From Mobula hypostoma (lineage: Eukaryota): a stretch of 64,000 nt of DNA. The stretch is from the NCBI RefSeq assembly GCF_963921235.1, contig NC_086097.1, positions 221,156,001 through 221,220,000 on the forward strand. Direction: 5' to 3'. Numbering within the stretch: the stretch's first letter is position 1; each line of letters begins with the position of its first letter. The notes beneath the pieces are model-generated. The model made no database searches. It had not been told where the DNA came from and was given only the letters and a program-made list of their open reading frames with translations. Of the stretch, positions 51,234 through 62,863 are shown piece after piece. A program made the position numbers and the translations under genes.

Positions 51234-52340
51234 TCTTTGACGTCTCCACTGTGTGCAAAATGCCAGTCCCTGAAAGTGGCAGCACTGTGGCCTGTTTTGC
51301 ACTTTTAAAATCGACGAAACAATCAGTGGAAATAGTGGGAATTGCCAGCTCTGTTTTTAGCAGCAAATCAGTGAGTAGAGTGTTGTAAATGAAACATCCT
51401 TGATTTCTTCTGTCTCATGTCTAGACAGTAATATCCAAAAAGCAGCTAATCAAGTGACATGCAATTATTGCTTCTTGCTGAGATAAAGCAGGTGTGAGAC
51501 ATTGTAAGGTAAGTGATTCCAATAATGACAGTGGATTAAAAAGTTTTTATAAGCTTTTTTATAAACATGCAGTTCACCGTGAGCTCGGACCTCGGCTGCC
51601 TGGGGGGCTCCTCGAATTCAGGCTTCAGTTTTACGGACCATGAATAAGTTTCCTATTTGTAATAACTGAATGAGTTCACTTCTGTTTTCAGCAACCAAGC
51701 TTCCCTATTAATTTACCAGTATTTTGAGAATTGCATTATATTATTCTGTCTCAGTATAATTAGGACCAGCATTGAATAGTAAGTCAAATTTCACTTTTAT
51801 TACATGGAATAATTGGACTTTTACCAGCATATTGGGATTTTCTAAATGTCCTGACCCAGCTGCTAATGAACATGGGCAGCACCTGTCAATCAAGAAAAGA
51901 TAATTGTCCTCAGTACAGTAAGCCACTGCAAGTTTTCATGAGTCCTTATGTGATACAGACAAGACCTTATAGAAAGTTATACTCAAACTGCATGTAAGGA
52001 ATGTGTAAAAAATTAGGAAAATTCAGAGAAGATTGATGTTGAATATGTATTTTACTGTTATGTATCATTATTGTTTTAACACACACCATGTGACTACCTG
52101 CTCTCTTCCTTTTATAAAGGATGTTCAAGATGAAATTTGCCAGAACTCCTTTCTCTGGAATACTTAGCCATATTTATCCTGAAATTGCATTTTTTTAAAT
52201 TTGAGGAACTACCTATATTCATTAGTTTAAACTACCCTCAAAATGTTCCTTGCCTGACAGGGGGATGTTGAGACATTTGTGCCAGAAGCTCTGATTTTTG
52301 AAACAGTAATTCCTCCCAACCAAGAAAACAATATATGCAC

Positions 52341-53213
52341 TGTTACGTACCCCGTAACTGGGTTGCCAAACCAGCAGAAATGGATCACTCAGTTGGAGTC
52401 TGGATTACTAGAACTAAGAAAGTTTTATTAAAGAAACAAGCAAAACAGTACTCTTATCGAAAGGATAATAAATGCAACAGTTCAGCAACGATAAACATTC
52501 ATGTGCACAGAATTAAGATAACAGCATCAATCAAGCTCTATCGTTGTCTAGGGGTAAATGACCAGTTTCAAAGTGACACAAAGTCCAGTTCAATTTAGTT
52601 CAGTTCGCAGTAATCGTTGCCATGGCGATGGACAATGTGGGGGGGAAGGAGAGAGAGAACAAGAACGAATGATCATTCAAAACGGCTTCCACTCACAGAC
52701 CTGCGATATTGCTCACAAGCAGCTTTCGGGCGAGTCCTTTGTGATGTCACCTGAGGTCACCGACTGTGACCCCTCCTCCAGATGCGGTCGATCCTCTGCA
52801 GTGAACTCGGCACCCAAGCAAGGGCGGACACACACCGGGTTCCCGCTGATCGTACCTATCCACCCTGTGCGTCTAAGGATTGGTTCCGCAACCAGCCTTC
52901 CAAACGACTCCCGCCGACTTGCAGGGGGGCACCGCTTCCAGGGTCTCATTACCTCGTGGTGTCGTGTGTGTCTTGCCTTAGCGAACCTGTCCCTTTTTAT
53001 CCCCCTGCTGGGGTATCGCCTGTCCATCACTTCAAACAGTACAGGGTTCAAAGGGGGAGCCGCTCTAGACAGCTCTCTCTCCCGTCCCTTCATTACACAT
53101 CTCCCAAATGCTGCTCCGTTGTCTTCCTTATCTCTCTCTCTCTCCTGAAGACAGGTGGCAGACCAACTGCTGATCACACAGGACAGCTAACATCTATGTG
53201 TATTCTTGTCACA
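52341..53213 (-). mobile_element. Solo LTR (873 bp)
   Basis: TGTTAC...GTCACA termini with a perfect 4-bp TSD GCAC (52337-52340 and 53214-53217). CpG-rich, with minus-strand AATAAA at ~52424. Strand is inferred. Confidence 0.85.
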
Positions 53214-53300
53214 GCACTAAGAGACAATAAATTGTATGATTCAATTGAGGTTGCATGCTTTCAAACAAATGAAACCTGAAATGCCAGATTTCCAGACTCA

Positions 53301-53596
53301 AACAAGAGAACATCTGCAGATACTGGGAATCCGAGCAACACACACAAAGTACTGGAGGAACTCAGCAGGCCAAGCAGCATCTATGGAAAAGAGTACAGTC
53401 AACATTTTGGGCTGAGACCCTTCATCAGGACTGGAGAAAAAAGCTGAGAAGTCAAAGTAAGAAGGAAGAAGTACAAGGTAGTAAGTGATAGGTGTAACTG
53501 GGAGAGGGGAAGGGGTGAAGTAAAGAGCTGGGAAGTTGATTGGTGAAAAATCAATCTCTTTATCTCTTTCACCAGTTGACTTCCCAGCTCTTTACT
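53301..53596 (-). mobile_element. PLE-tail repeat with decayed hammerhead (53397-53432) and terminal fold-back
   Basis: Reverse reads agtcctgatgaagggtctcagcccaaaatgttgact. 30-bp inverted arms at 53519-53548 and 53567-53596. Confidence 0.78.
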
Positions 53597-53599
53597 ATT

Positions 53600-54635
53600 G
53601 CAGTATTATGCATCTCACAACTAATCAGCACTCCCTTAGACAACCACAATAAACTTAACAGAAGAGTAGAAAGGACACCGCAAACATATGAAAGGGTCTA
53701 GAGACCAATTGATTATAGATTCTGTAATTCAAAATATAACCTGGCGGAAAAGCAGAGATCTTTCAAGTTGTTATACTGACTCTCAAAAAGCATTTGATTC
53801 TGTACCACACTCATGGGTAATAGAACCTCTTAACATATATAATCTATACCCAATACCTGTGAAATTCCTACAACATCTGTTGAAGAATTGGTGTACTATA
53901 ATCACCTTACCTATTAACAACTAAATGAATTATACCTTGACACAGCTTCTATGAATGGATGATTTGAATTTGTTCGCTCCTTCTTTAGTAAAGCCTAAGC
54001 AGTTAATTCAAATAGTAGAACTATTTTCTAAAGATATAAATATGCACTTAGGACCAGATAAATGCAGAACATCAAAGATAAAGAAAGGTGCAATGGAGCT
54101 GGTAGAATATAAAAGAGAGCATCAGCATACAATACAACTGATGGAGGACTATGAAACATCTGCATCTGGGATATCAATAAGCAAAGAAAATTGTGCAATA
54201 AAGGGAAAACTTTCTACAGAATTTACTTCAAGGTTTATGAAAAACTGCCAAACAGAGCTCATCAGTGAAAATATAACAAAGGCAATAAACATTTTTGCTA
54301 TACCCATATTAACTAACATATTATTTTGGCATAATATCTTGGTCTGAAACCAATGTGGAAAATTTACAAAGTAAAATAAGAATTGAAACAACAAATTTTA
54401 GAAAACACTATGCCCACTCAGACACACTTAGATTAACACTACCCAGGACAGAAGGAGGGAGAGGAATAGCAGACATAAAAAATTTACACAACTGTCTGAT
54501 AAAACTTCTAAGGCTATATTTTCATCAACAAAAACAGGATTCATCACTCCACATGAGCATATGCAAATCTGATAAGAAGTACACACCAGCAAATTTAAAG
54601 GAATGCCCAACCTAGAAAAATGAAGGAATTATCAC
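53600..54635 (+). mobile_element. R4/Dong-like RLE non-LTR retrotransposon RT fragment
   Basis: KGSRDQLIIDS, DSQKAFDSVPHSW, MDDLNLFA, MHLGPDKC, KAINIFAIPIL and RLTLPRTEGGRGI. Confidence 0.75.
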
Positions 54636-54637
54636 TA

Positions 54638-54895
54638 TCGCCTCCCAACTTCTCAATCCATCACAACCCATCTCTCGCATCACCTGGTCTCACCTGCCAG
54701 ATTGTACTCCCTCTCCTCCCCACCACCTTCTAATTCTGACTTCTTGCCCCTTTCTTTCCAGCCCTGATGAAGGGTCTTGGCCCGAAACCTTAACTGTTAA
54801 TTCCTCTCCATAGATGCTGCCTGACCTGTTGAGTTCCTCCAGTGTCTGTGTGTGTTGCTCTGGATTTCCAATATCTGCAAAAGCTTTTGTACTTA
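54638..54895 (+). mobile_element. PLE-tail repeat with decayed hammerhead (54760-54795)
   Basis: ccctgatgaagggtcttggcccgaaacctt...agatgctgcctgacctgttgagttcctccag. Confidence 0.78.
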
Positions 54896-55541
54896 TGAGT
54901 AGTCTTGTATTTGCTGTTGCCAGGAACAGAAGAAAAGATATGAGAACTGTGTTTACTTAAATTGTGCAAATTATTTGTTCTTGTTTTTAATTGTGTAATA
55001 AATTATTTTCTTGAACATATTGATTTGATTAGAACCATATTGTAATAACCCCCCCGTTATCTCACCATTAGGAGATTGTAGATAAAAGAAAGTCTGTAGA
55101 TGCTGGAAGTCCAAAACAACACACACAAAGTGCTGGACGAACTCAGCAGGTCAAGCAAAGTCTATGGAAATGAATAAACAGTCAATGTTTCTGGCTGAGA
55201 ATCTTCTTCAGGACTGAGATGGAAGGGGAAGACACCAGAATGGAAAGGTGGAGGGAGGGGAAGGAGGCGAGCTGGAAGGTAATAGGTGGCCAAATGGGTG
55301 GGAAAGTTCAAAAGCTGGAGAAGAAGGAATCTGATAGGAGGGAACTGCGGTCCATGGGAGAAAGGGAAGGAGGAGGGGACCAAGGGGGAAGTGATAAGCT
55401 GGTGAGAAGAAGGTAAAAGGTCAGAGTGCATTATAGAGGAAGAGGGGAGGGAGGGGGTGATTTTTTTTACCAGAAGGAGAAATCAATATTCATTACGCTG
55501 GATGGACTCAGCAGGTAGGGCAGCATCAGTCAGAAATGATG

Positions 55542-55577
55542 AGTCGACATTTCGGGCTGGAACTCTTCGTCAGGACT
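55542..55577 (-). ncRNA. Hammerhead ribozyme motif in the inverted arm (partly decayed)
   Basis: Reverse reads AGTC-CTGACGA-agagttccagccc-GAAAT-GTC-GACT. Confidence 0.55.
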
Positions 55578-57915
55578 GAAGAATGAAAGATGGGGAAGGA
55601 TTTGAAGAATGCTTGTAGCGTCAGTTGAAAGACCAGTAATTTGAAAGACAAAGGGGTGGGGGAGGGGAAGCATTGATGTCATAGCCCTGAAAACAATGGG
55701 TAGTAGAAGAAGGAGGCGGAACCATGAGGGAGCTGGGGGAGGGTGTAGAGTGAAATAGGGATAGAGGAAGGGAGGGGGAGGGAATTACCGGAAGTTGGAG
55801 AATTCTATGTTCATACCAAGGGGCTGGAGACTACCTAGACGGTATATGAGGTGTTGCTCCTCCAACCTGAGTTTAGCCTCATCATGGCAATAGAGGAGGC
55901 CATGTATGGACATATCTGAATGGAAATGGGAAGTAGAGTTGAAGTGCGTGGCTACCGGGAGATCCTGTCTGTTGTGGCGGACGGAGTGGAGGTGCTCGAC
56001 GAAGCGGTCCCCCAATCTGCGTCGGGTTTCACCGATGTAGAGGAGGCCGCACCGGGAGCACCGGATGCAATAGATGACCCCAACAGACTCACAAGTGAAG
56101 TGTTGTCTCACCTGGAAGGACTGTTTGGGGCAAATGGTTGCAAGAGATGAAGTGTAGGGACAGGTGTAGCACTTACACTTACAGGGATAAGTGCCGGGTG
56201 GGAGATCAGTGGGGATGGACGTGTGGATAAGGGAGTCGCGGAGGGACTGATCCCTGAAGAATACGGAGGGGGTGGAGAGGGAAAGATGTGCTTAGTGGTG
56301 GGGTCCTGTTGAAGGTGGCGGAAGTTGCGGAGGATAATGTGCTGGATCCGGAGGCTGGTGGGGTGGTAAGTAAGGACAAGGGGAACTCTGTCCCTGTTGT
56401 GGTTGCGGGAGGATGGGGTGAGGGCCGAAGTGCGGGAAATGGAGGAGATGCGGGTGAGGGCATCATTGATGACGGTAGAAGGGAAACCACGATCCTTGAA
56501 GAAAGACGATATTTGAGATGTCCTGGAACAGAAAGCCTCATCCTCAGACTAAGGGTGTAGCTATGGGAACTCGCATGGGATCCAGCTACACCTGCCTCTT
56601 CGTTGGTTATGTGGAATAGTCTATACTCCAGACCTATCCTGGTACTGCTCCCCAACTTTTCCTTCGGTACATTGACGACTACATTGGTGCTGCTCCCTGC
56701 ACCCATGCTGAGCTTGTCAATTTCATCGACTTTACCTCAAACTTCCACCCAACCCTCAAATTCACTTGGTCTATCTCAGACACTATCTCTCCCCTTTCTC
56801 GATGTCTCAGTCTCCATCTCTGGAGACAGACTATCCACTGACATCTTCTACAAGCCCACTGACTCTCATAACTACCTCGACTATACCTCTTCCCACCCCG
56901 CCACATGCAAAAATGCCATTCTCTATTCCCAGTTCCTTCGTCTCCGCCGCATCTGCTCCCAGGATGAGGCTTTCCATTCCAGGACATCTCAAATATCATC
57001 TTTCTTTAAGGATCGTGGTTTCCCTTCTGCTGTCATCAATGATGCCCTCACCCGTATCTCCTCCATTTCCCGCACTTCGGCCCTCACCCCATCCTCCCAC
57101 AACCACAATAGGGACAGAGTTCCCCTTGTCCTTACCTACCACCCCACCAGCCTCCGGATCCAGCACAATATCCTCCGCAACTTCTGCCACCTTCAACAGG
57201 ACCCCACCACTAAGCACACCTTTCCCTCTCCACCCTTCTTCGCAGGGATCGGTCCCTCCGCGACTCCCTGGTCCACATGTTCCTCCCCACGGATCTCCCA
57301 CCCGGCACTAATCCCTGTAAGCGCAAGTGCTACACCTGTCCCTACACCTCCTCTCTTGCCACCATTCAGGGCCCCAAATAGTCCTTCCAAGTGAGGCAAC
57401 ACTTCACTTGTGAGTCTGTTGGGGTCATCTATTGCATCCGGTGCGGCCTCCTTTACATCGGTGAAACCCGACGCAGATTGGGGGACTGCTTCGTCGAGCA
57501 CCTCCACTCTGTCCGCCACAACAGACAGGATCTCCCGGTAGCCACCCACTTCAACTCTGCTTCCCATTTTCATTCAGATATGTTCATACATGGCCTCCTC
57601 TACTGCCATGATGAGGCTAAACTCAGGCTGGAGGAGCAACACCTCATATACTGTCTAGGTAGTCTCCAGCCCCTTGGTATGAACATAGAATTCTCCAACT
57701 ACTGGTAATTCCCTCCCCCTCCCTTCCTCTATCCCTATTTCACACTACACCCTCCCCCAGCTCCCTCATGGTTCTGCCTCCTTCTTCTACTACCCATTGT
57801 TTTCAGGGCTATGACGTCAATGCTTCCCCTCCCCCACCACTTTGTCTTTCAAATTACTGGTCTTTCAACTGATGCTACAAGCATTCTTCAAATCCTTCCC
57901 CATCTTTCATTCTTC

Positions 57916-57951
57916 AGTCCTGACGAAGGGTTCCGGCCCGAAACGTCGACT
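57916..57951 (+). ncRNA. Minimal type I hammerhead ribozyme motif, best-preserved copy
   Basis: AGTC-CTGACGA-a-gggt-tccg-gccc-GAAAC-GTC-GACT. Stem I, stem II (gggt/gccc), the core and the palindromic ACGT are all intact. Predicted cleavage is after GUC at 57947. Confidence 0.8.
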
Positions 57952-58288
57952 CATCATTTCTGACTGATGCTGTCCGACCTGCTGAGTGCATCCAGTATAC
58001 TGAAAGTGTTGCTTTGATCTCTTACAGCATCTGCAGATTATTTTGTGCTTACAAATCAATATTCATGCCATCAGATTGGAGGCTTCCCAGATGGAATATA
58101 AGGTGTTGCTCCTCCACCCCGTGGATGGTCTCATCTTTGGTATGGAGATGTGTGACACACAAAATTGGGGGTGGGGGGGTTGGGGGGGAGTTTTTACTCG
58201 TACACCAGTACATCTAAAAGCTATTGAGCGTTTTCCACATAGCAACAAAGAGGATGCAGACACAGCAAAGTTTTGGATGCCTCCAATA

Positions 58289-58830
58289 CTTTCAGTGGCC
58301 ACTTTATTAGGTACTTAATTAAATGGACACTGAGTGCAAGTTTGTGGTCTCTGCTGTTGTAACCCAGCCACTTCAAAATTCAATGTGCTATGTGTTCAGA
58401 GATGCCCTTCTGCACCCCACTGCTGTAACGCATGGTTATTTGAACTACTGTCACCTTCCTGTCAGCAAGAATTCCTACCTAGCTATTCTCCTCTGACCTC
58501 CCTCATTAATAAGGCATTTTCACCCACAGAACTGCCACTCACTGAATTTTTTTTTGCTTTTTGCACCATTCTCTGTAAACTCTAAAGACTGTTTTACATC
58601 AAACAGGAGATCCGCAGTTTCTGAGATACTCAAACCATGCCATCTGGCACCAACAATCATTTCACAGTCACTTAGATCACATTTTTCCCACCATTCTGAT
58701 CTTCAGTCTGAACAACCTCTTGACCATGATTGCATGATTTTATGCATTGAGTTGCTGCCACATGATTGGCTGATTAGATATTTGCATTAATGAGCAGGTG
58801 TACAGTACTTAATAAAATGGCTGCTAAGTG
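58289..58830 (-). mobile_element. Non-autonomous Tc1 derivative with three TIRs (third copy)
   Basis: TIR pair at 58289-58336 and distal TIR gtacttaataaaatggctgctaagtg|TA. The body matches 25960-26440. Confidence 0.8.
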
Positions 58831-59199
58831 TATGTGAACATATGATACCAAGAAGTTGCTAAGAGCACTGGATGTAATAATAGCTATTGGATCTGATAAT
58901 ATCCTGGCTGAAGAACTGAAGAGCATTGTTTTAGAGTGGGCAATGCCAAGCTGATCCAGTACAAATGCAACACTGTCTTTAATCTAACAATGTGGAAAAT
59001 TATCCATATGTACGCTTTTCACTGAAAGCAGAACAAATCACTGAATGGTTTATCCACTCAACCATCAACAAGGTATTGCTGACAGTGTCACTTTCTCCCT
59101 GATAACTTGACTGATGCACAAGTGAACACAAGATATGTTTGAATAGTGTGCCTTTCTATCTGGCTGTGTGCCAGCTGAAGTATGGACATTCAAGTGTTG

Positions 59200-59990
59200 T
59201 AGGAAGACGAATTAGTGAGATCAGTAGCACGTGTACAACGGACACCTCCTGGTCATTTGTACAGAAAGCACATTGTGGTGGCAAATCAGCCGCTTTTCCT
59301 TATTGGAGCAAGTCCCTGGCGTTGCAAAAGATAGGCCTGGCCCCTCTGCTGCTCAATGTCCTAGTCAGCTGGATATATTCACACTGCCTGTCCTTTGAAG
59401 AAGTGTTCTTCTAAGGAAACACCTTTGAGCATAAGTCCATCAGGCAGTGGTCAGCATAGAATGTACAGCAGATTCTGTGGGTCTGTTTCCTAAGCAAACA
59501 GTTCAAACTATCTGGCAGAATGCCTCATTACCAGATCTGACCAACAATCACCAAGACATTGCTTGCCTAATGGAGAGAGGGCCCCTCTCAGTTGGAAAGT
59601 ACAGATGATATATTACCCCTCAATGTATATTGCCATCGAAATGGCTGTGGTGACAAAGAGACAGTCATCCACCTATTTCTAGACTGTGGATTTGCTAAGA
59701 GGATGTGGTGATGGATACAAGGGTCCGTGCCCCAATTCATACCAGCAGCTGAATAGCAGGGAGTTCTGATCTATGGGCTGAGACAGCTGCTGGGGGTTCA
59801 CCACCTCGACGAAAGATGCCACTTGGACTGCCTGAAGCATGCTGGTCTTCCTGCACAGCAAGATGTTGGCAAGTAAATACTGCAGGTTGGCACAGGAGTA
59901 CATGCTGATGGAAGCCCTGAAGTTTGGTGCAGCAACATTATTGTTCCGTGGGGAAGGGCCACACTCTAGGGTGTTTCCATTGCTTTACAT
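59200..59990 (+). mobile_element. Very old L1/Tx1-like ORF2 C-terminal remnant
   Basis: QTVQTIWQNASLPDLTNNHQDIA and the zinc-knuckle-like CHRNGCGDKETVIHLFLDCGFAKRMW (~59630-59710). Confidence 0.6.
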
Positions 59991-60594
59991 GGAAAAAATG
60001 GGTTGCTAGGGAAATTGCCCAAAGCAAATTAGTCAAACAATGAAAAAGTCATATTGTAGGGCAATGTAATTGGTGGCAATGTACATAATTCACAATCATC
60101 GATACTGAGTTGAGGTTTCAATTTAAGAGGCTGGTCTGATGTGGCAACAAAATTACTTAAAGGGTTTTTGAGCGCACTTTTGTTCAGGTTTTGGAGGTCA
60201 ATAAAATATGTTTTGGCTTTTCTTAAACATAAAATGCCTACAATATCACCCCAGAGGACACATGAATGGCAATGGCTCTGTTTGCTTTCCTTTGAAAAAA
60301 AATTTACTCTACTGACTATAAAGGCCAGTAATGCAAACATTTTTTTAATTACACTGTATTTTGGTTGTATTTACTTTTAGATATGAATAAAGTTTATTTA
60401 CATAAACTCAGCCTTGAAGGCTGGCTGTGAATTACCCATCTAACTGCAGAGCTAATGGATGTAACTCCAATCCAACATTTTCACACCTTTCTCAGCACAC
60501 CCAACTGTCCTTTTCACTATCCCATCGTCTGCTCAATCACAATGCATAAACATAGCCAACATAAAATAAAGACCTTGCACCGAAGTTAAAATTA

Positions 60595-60961
60595 AGGTTA
60601 GGTACACAAAATAATTAGAGGCATAGATCGAGTGGAGAGCTGGAGACTTTTTCCCAAGGTGGCAATGGAATAATTTTAAGGTGATTGGAGGAAAGTTTTG
60701 GGTAGTATAGGGTCAGAGGTAGGTTTTCTTACACAGAGAGTACTGGATGTGTGGGACAATCTGCCAAGGTGGTGGTAGAGGCAGATACATTAGGGGTATT
60801 TAAAATACCCTTGGAATGGTGCAAGATGATTGGAAATAGTGCACTATGTGGGAGGGAAAGATTAGATTGATCTTAGACTAGTTTAAAAGGTTGACACAAC
60901 ATTGTGGGCTAAGAGGCCAGTACTGTGCTACAACGTTCTATGTTCCATGTTTTATGTTCTA
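60595..60961 (+). mobile_element. Decayed CR1 3' end
   Basis: aaaataattagaggcatagatcgagtgg...acacagagagt and tail ttctatgttccatgttttatgttcta. Confidence 0.75.
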
Positions 60962-61023
60962 AAGCATGCCATATCATATTGAACAATCATGGTCCCACAT
61001 TTCCATAGTAATTGCATTCTGTA

Positions 61024-61420
61024 CAAGACCATAAGGTATAGGAGCAGAATTAGGCCATTTGGCCCATCGAGTCTGCTCTGCCATTTCATCATGGCTAATC
61101 CAATTTTCCCCTCAGCCCCAATCTCCTGCCTTCTCCCTGAATCCTTTTATACCCTGACCAATCAAGAATCCATTGACTGCTGCTTTAAATAACATAAGGA
61201 CTTGGCCTCCACAGCTGCGCATGGCAAAGAATTTCACAGAGTCACCACTCTCTGGCTAAAGAGATTCCTCCTCATCTTTGTTCTAAAAGGATGCCCCTCT
61301 ATTCCCAAGCAGTGTCCTCTGGTCTTAGTCTCACCCACCATAGGAAGCATCCTCTCCACATCCACTCTATCAAGGCTTTTCACCATTCGATAGGTTTCAA
61401 TTAGGTCACCACTCATTCTC
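61024..61420 (-). mobile_element. CR1 3' end
   Basis: RMSGDLIETYRMVKSLDRVDVERMLPMVGETKTRGH...NLFSQRVV with reverse tail caagaccataag. Confidence 0.85.
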
Positions 61421-62863
61421 TTTGTCTCCACGCTCCTACTTCGAGCTTCCCTGCAGGCTATTGCATGGCTGAGGAACCTGGAGGAGTTCAGTAGGGGAAA
61501 CTGCTGATCACCTCGGAACACAATCTCTAGCAGATCTGGACTATTTCTGCATGCCCTGTACCATTTGGGCTTTTCTGGCTGACAGGTTTCAGCAAAGTCA
61601 CCGTTGGGGCAGCAGAACCTAGGAGACATGATTGGAGAGGAGATCAGGTTTATGGTCCTTGGACCTTCAGGCAGTGCTGGCGTTGTAAGGCAGAGGAAGC
61701 GGAATCATCAAACTCAGTCCAGAACTGGGCTGATCAAGTTGCTTGTTATTTCCATGCTGGAAAGGATAGTCTCCACATTCTGGGCAAAGTTCAGTGTAGT
61801 TCAGTGCTGGACCCTCTATGTTCCTTGATCCTGCTTGTACATTCACTTCATGAGCTTTCCAGAACAAACATTTCATCAGAATCCTTCTGCGTGTCGTGAT
61901 TTTGAAATTCTACAGCAGAATTTGCTTGTATGCTCACGGTATAGGGAGGCAGGCCCTGCACTGTGATTTTCTTTAGATTGGGTGGAGCCTCCGGGTGCTC
62001 CATATGAGTAGTTTCCTCCAAAAGACAATCAGAACTACAAGCAGTATCTGTGTCTCAGCGTGGAATTGGATGTTCTTCTTTGTCCTTGTGCTCGCCAACC
62101 TTTGCTGGTGGTGGTAGAACAAGATCACTTCTGACTGCTTGGCAGTGGAAAGGCCTACATGTACAGTCACAATGAGGTAGGCAAGGAAGATTAGGAATGC
62201 ATTGGCTGCTATCCGCACATAATCCATAGAGAATGTGGGATGAGGGGAAATGCATTGTGAGAATCCCTTCATCTTCATTGGTTTCTGCTCCTTCACTAGC
62301 CATGACCGTAGAATTGTCAAGTTTTGGTTAGCGCTGTCTGCTCCATGAGTCAACCAAGCCCATGCTCGCCCCCTGCTGGCTGGCTGCTTTCTGTTGTTTT
62401 ATGCATCATCTTATTTTTCAACATTCATTCACTGTTTTAGTGAGTGCCTCAAAACATGGGTCACGGAGCTCTCATGGATGAATAGGCGATAACGTCCTTC
62501 ACCTGCAAAGTGTGGGAGACTGTGATACTGAGCTTTGAGGTACAGTGATATTTGCTGTGGGTCCTGCTAGAGGTTGATGGTAGGTGAGTGACAGGTGAGA
62601 ACAGTCCAAAAGCAATTGTCTAGACTGAGAGATGTGGCAGCTGGAAAAGGGCTGAGTGACTGAACCAATGCACAAGGTCGTTGAATTCCTTGAGGCATTG
62701 ACTACTGGCACTGAGCACACTATCTGCCTCATTGGCTTTCCGGTGTTTGTCCAGAAGGCTGCCTGGTTCCCTGTGGTTATCTGTCATGTTCTATTTCTCT
62801 CCACTTGCCTCTAGTGCAGTACTGGAACATCATACAGCCTGCTACCCCACCCTCAAACACACA

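Larger units (their letters stand above)
55494..58052 (+). mobile_element. Penelope-like element: 5'-truncated RT-GIY-YIG copy (56545-58052) preceded by an inverted ~1 kb copy of its own 3' part (55494-56544)
   Basis: RT motifs QTKGVAMGTRMG, RYIDD, FLDVSV, IFYKPTDSHNYLDYTSSHP and YSQFLRLRRICS. GIY-YIG VIYCI..CGLLYIGETRRRL appears on both strands (57391-57708 +, 55785-56111 -). 14-bp TSD aaatcaatattcat. Confidence 0.93.
55086..58150 (-). mobile_element. Older PLE 3' end (55086-55493 plus 58067-58150), split by a younger PLE
   Basis: The rejoined minus strand reads EEQHLIFHLGSLQSDGMNIDFSFW*. Decayed hammerhead at 55180-55215. Confidence 0.8.

Noticed and set aside
52558..53279. Three overlapping 154-196 aa ORFs
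   Set aside because: They lie almost entirely within a GC-rich solo LTR defined by TG..CA ends and a TSD, and show no domain motifs.
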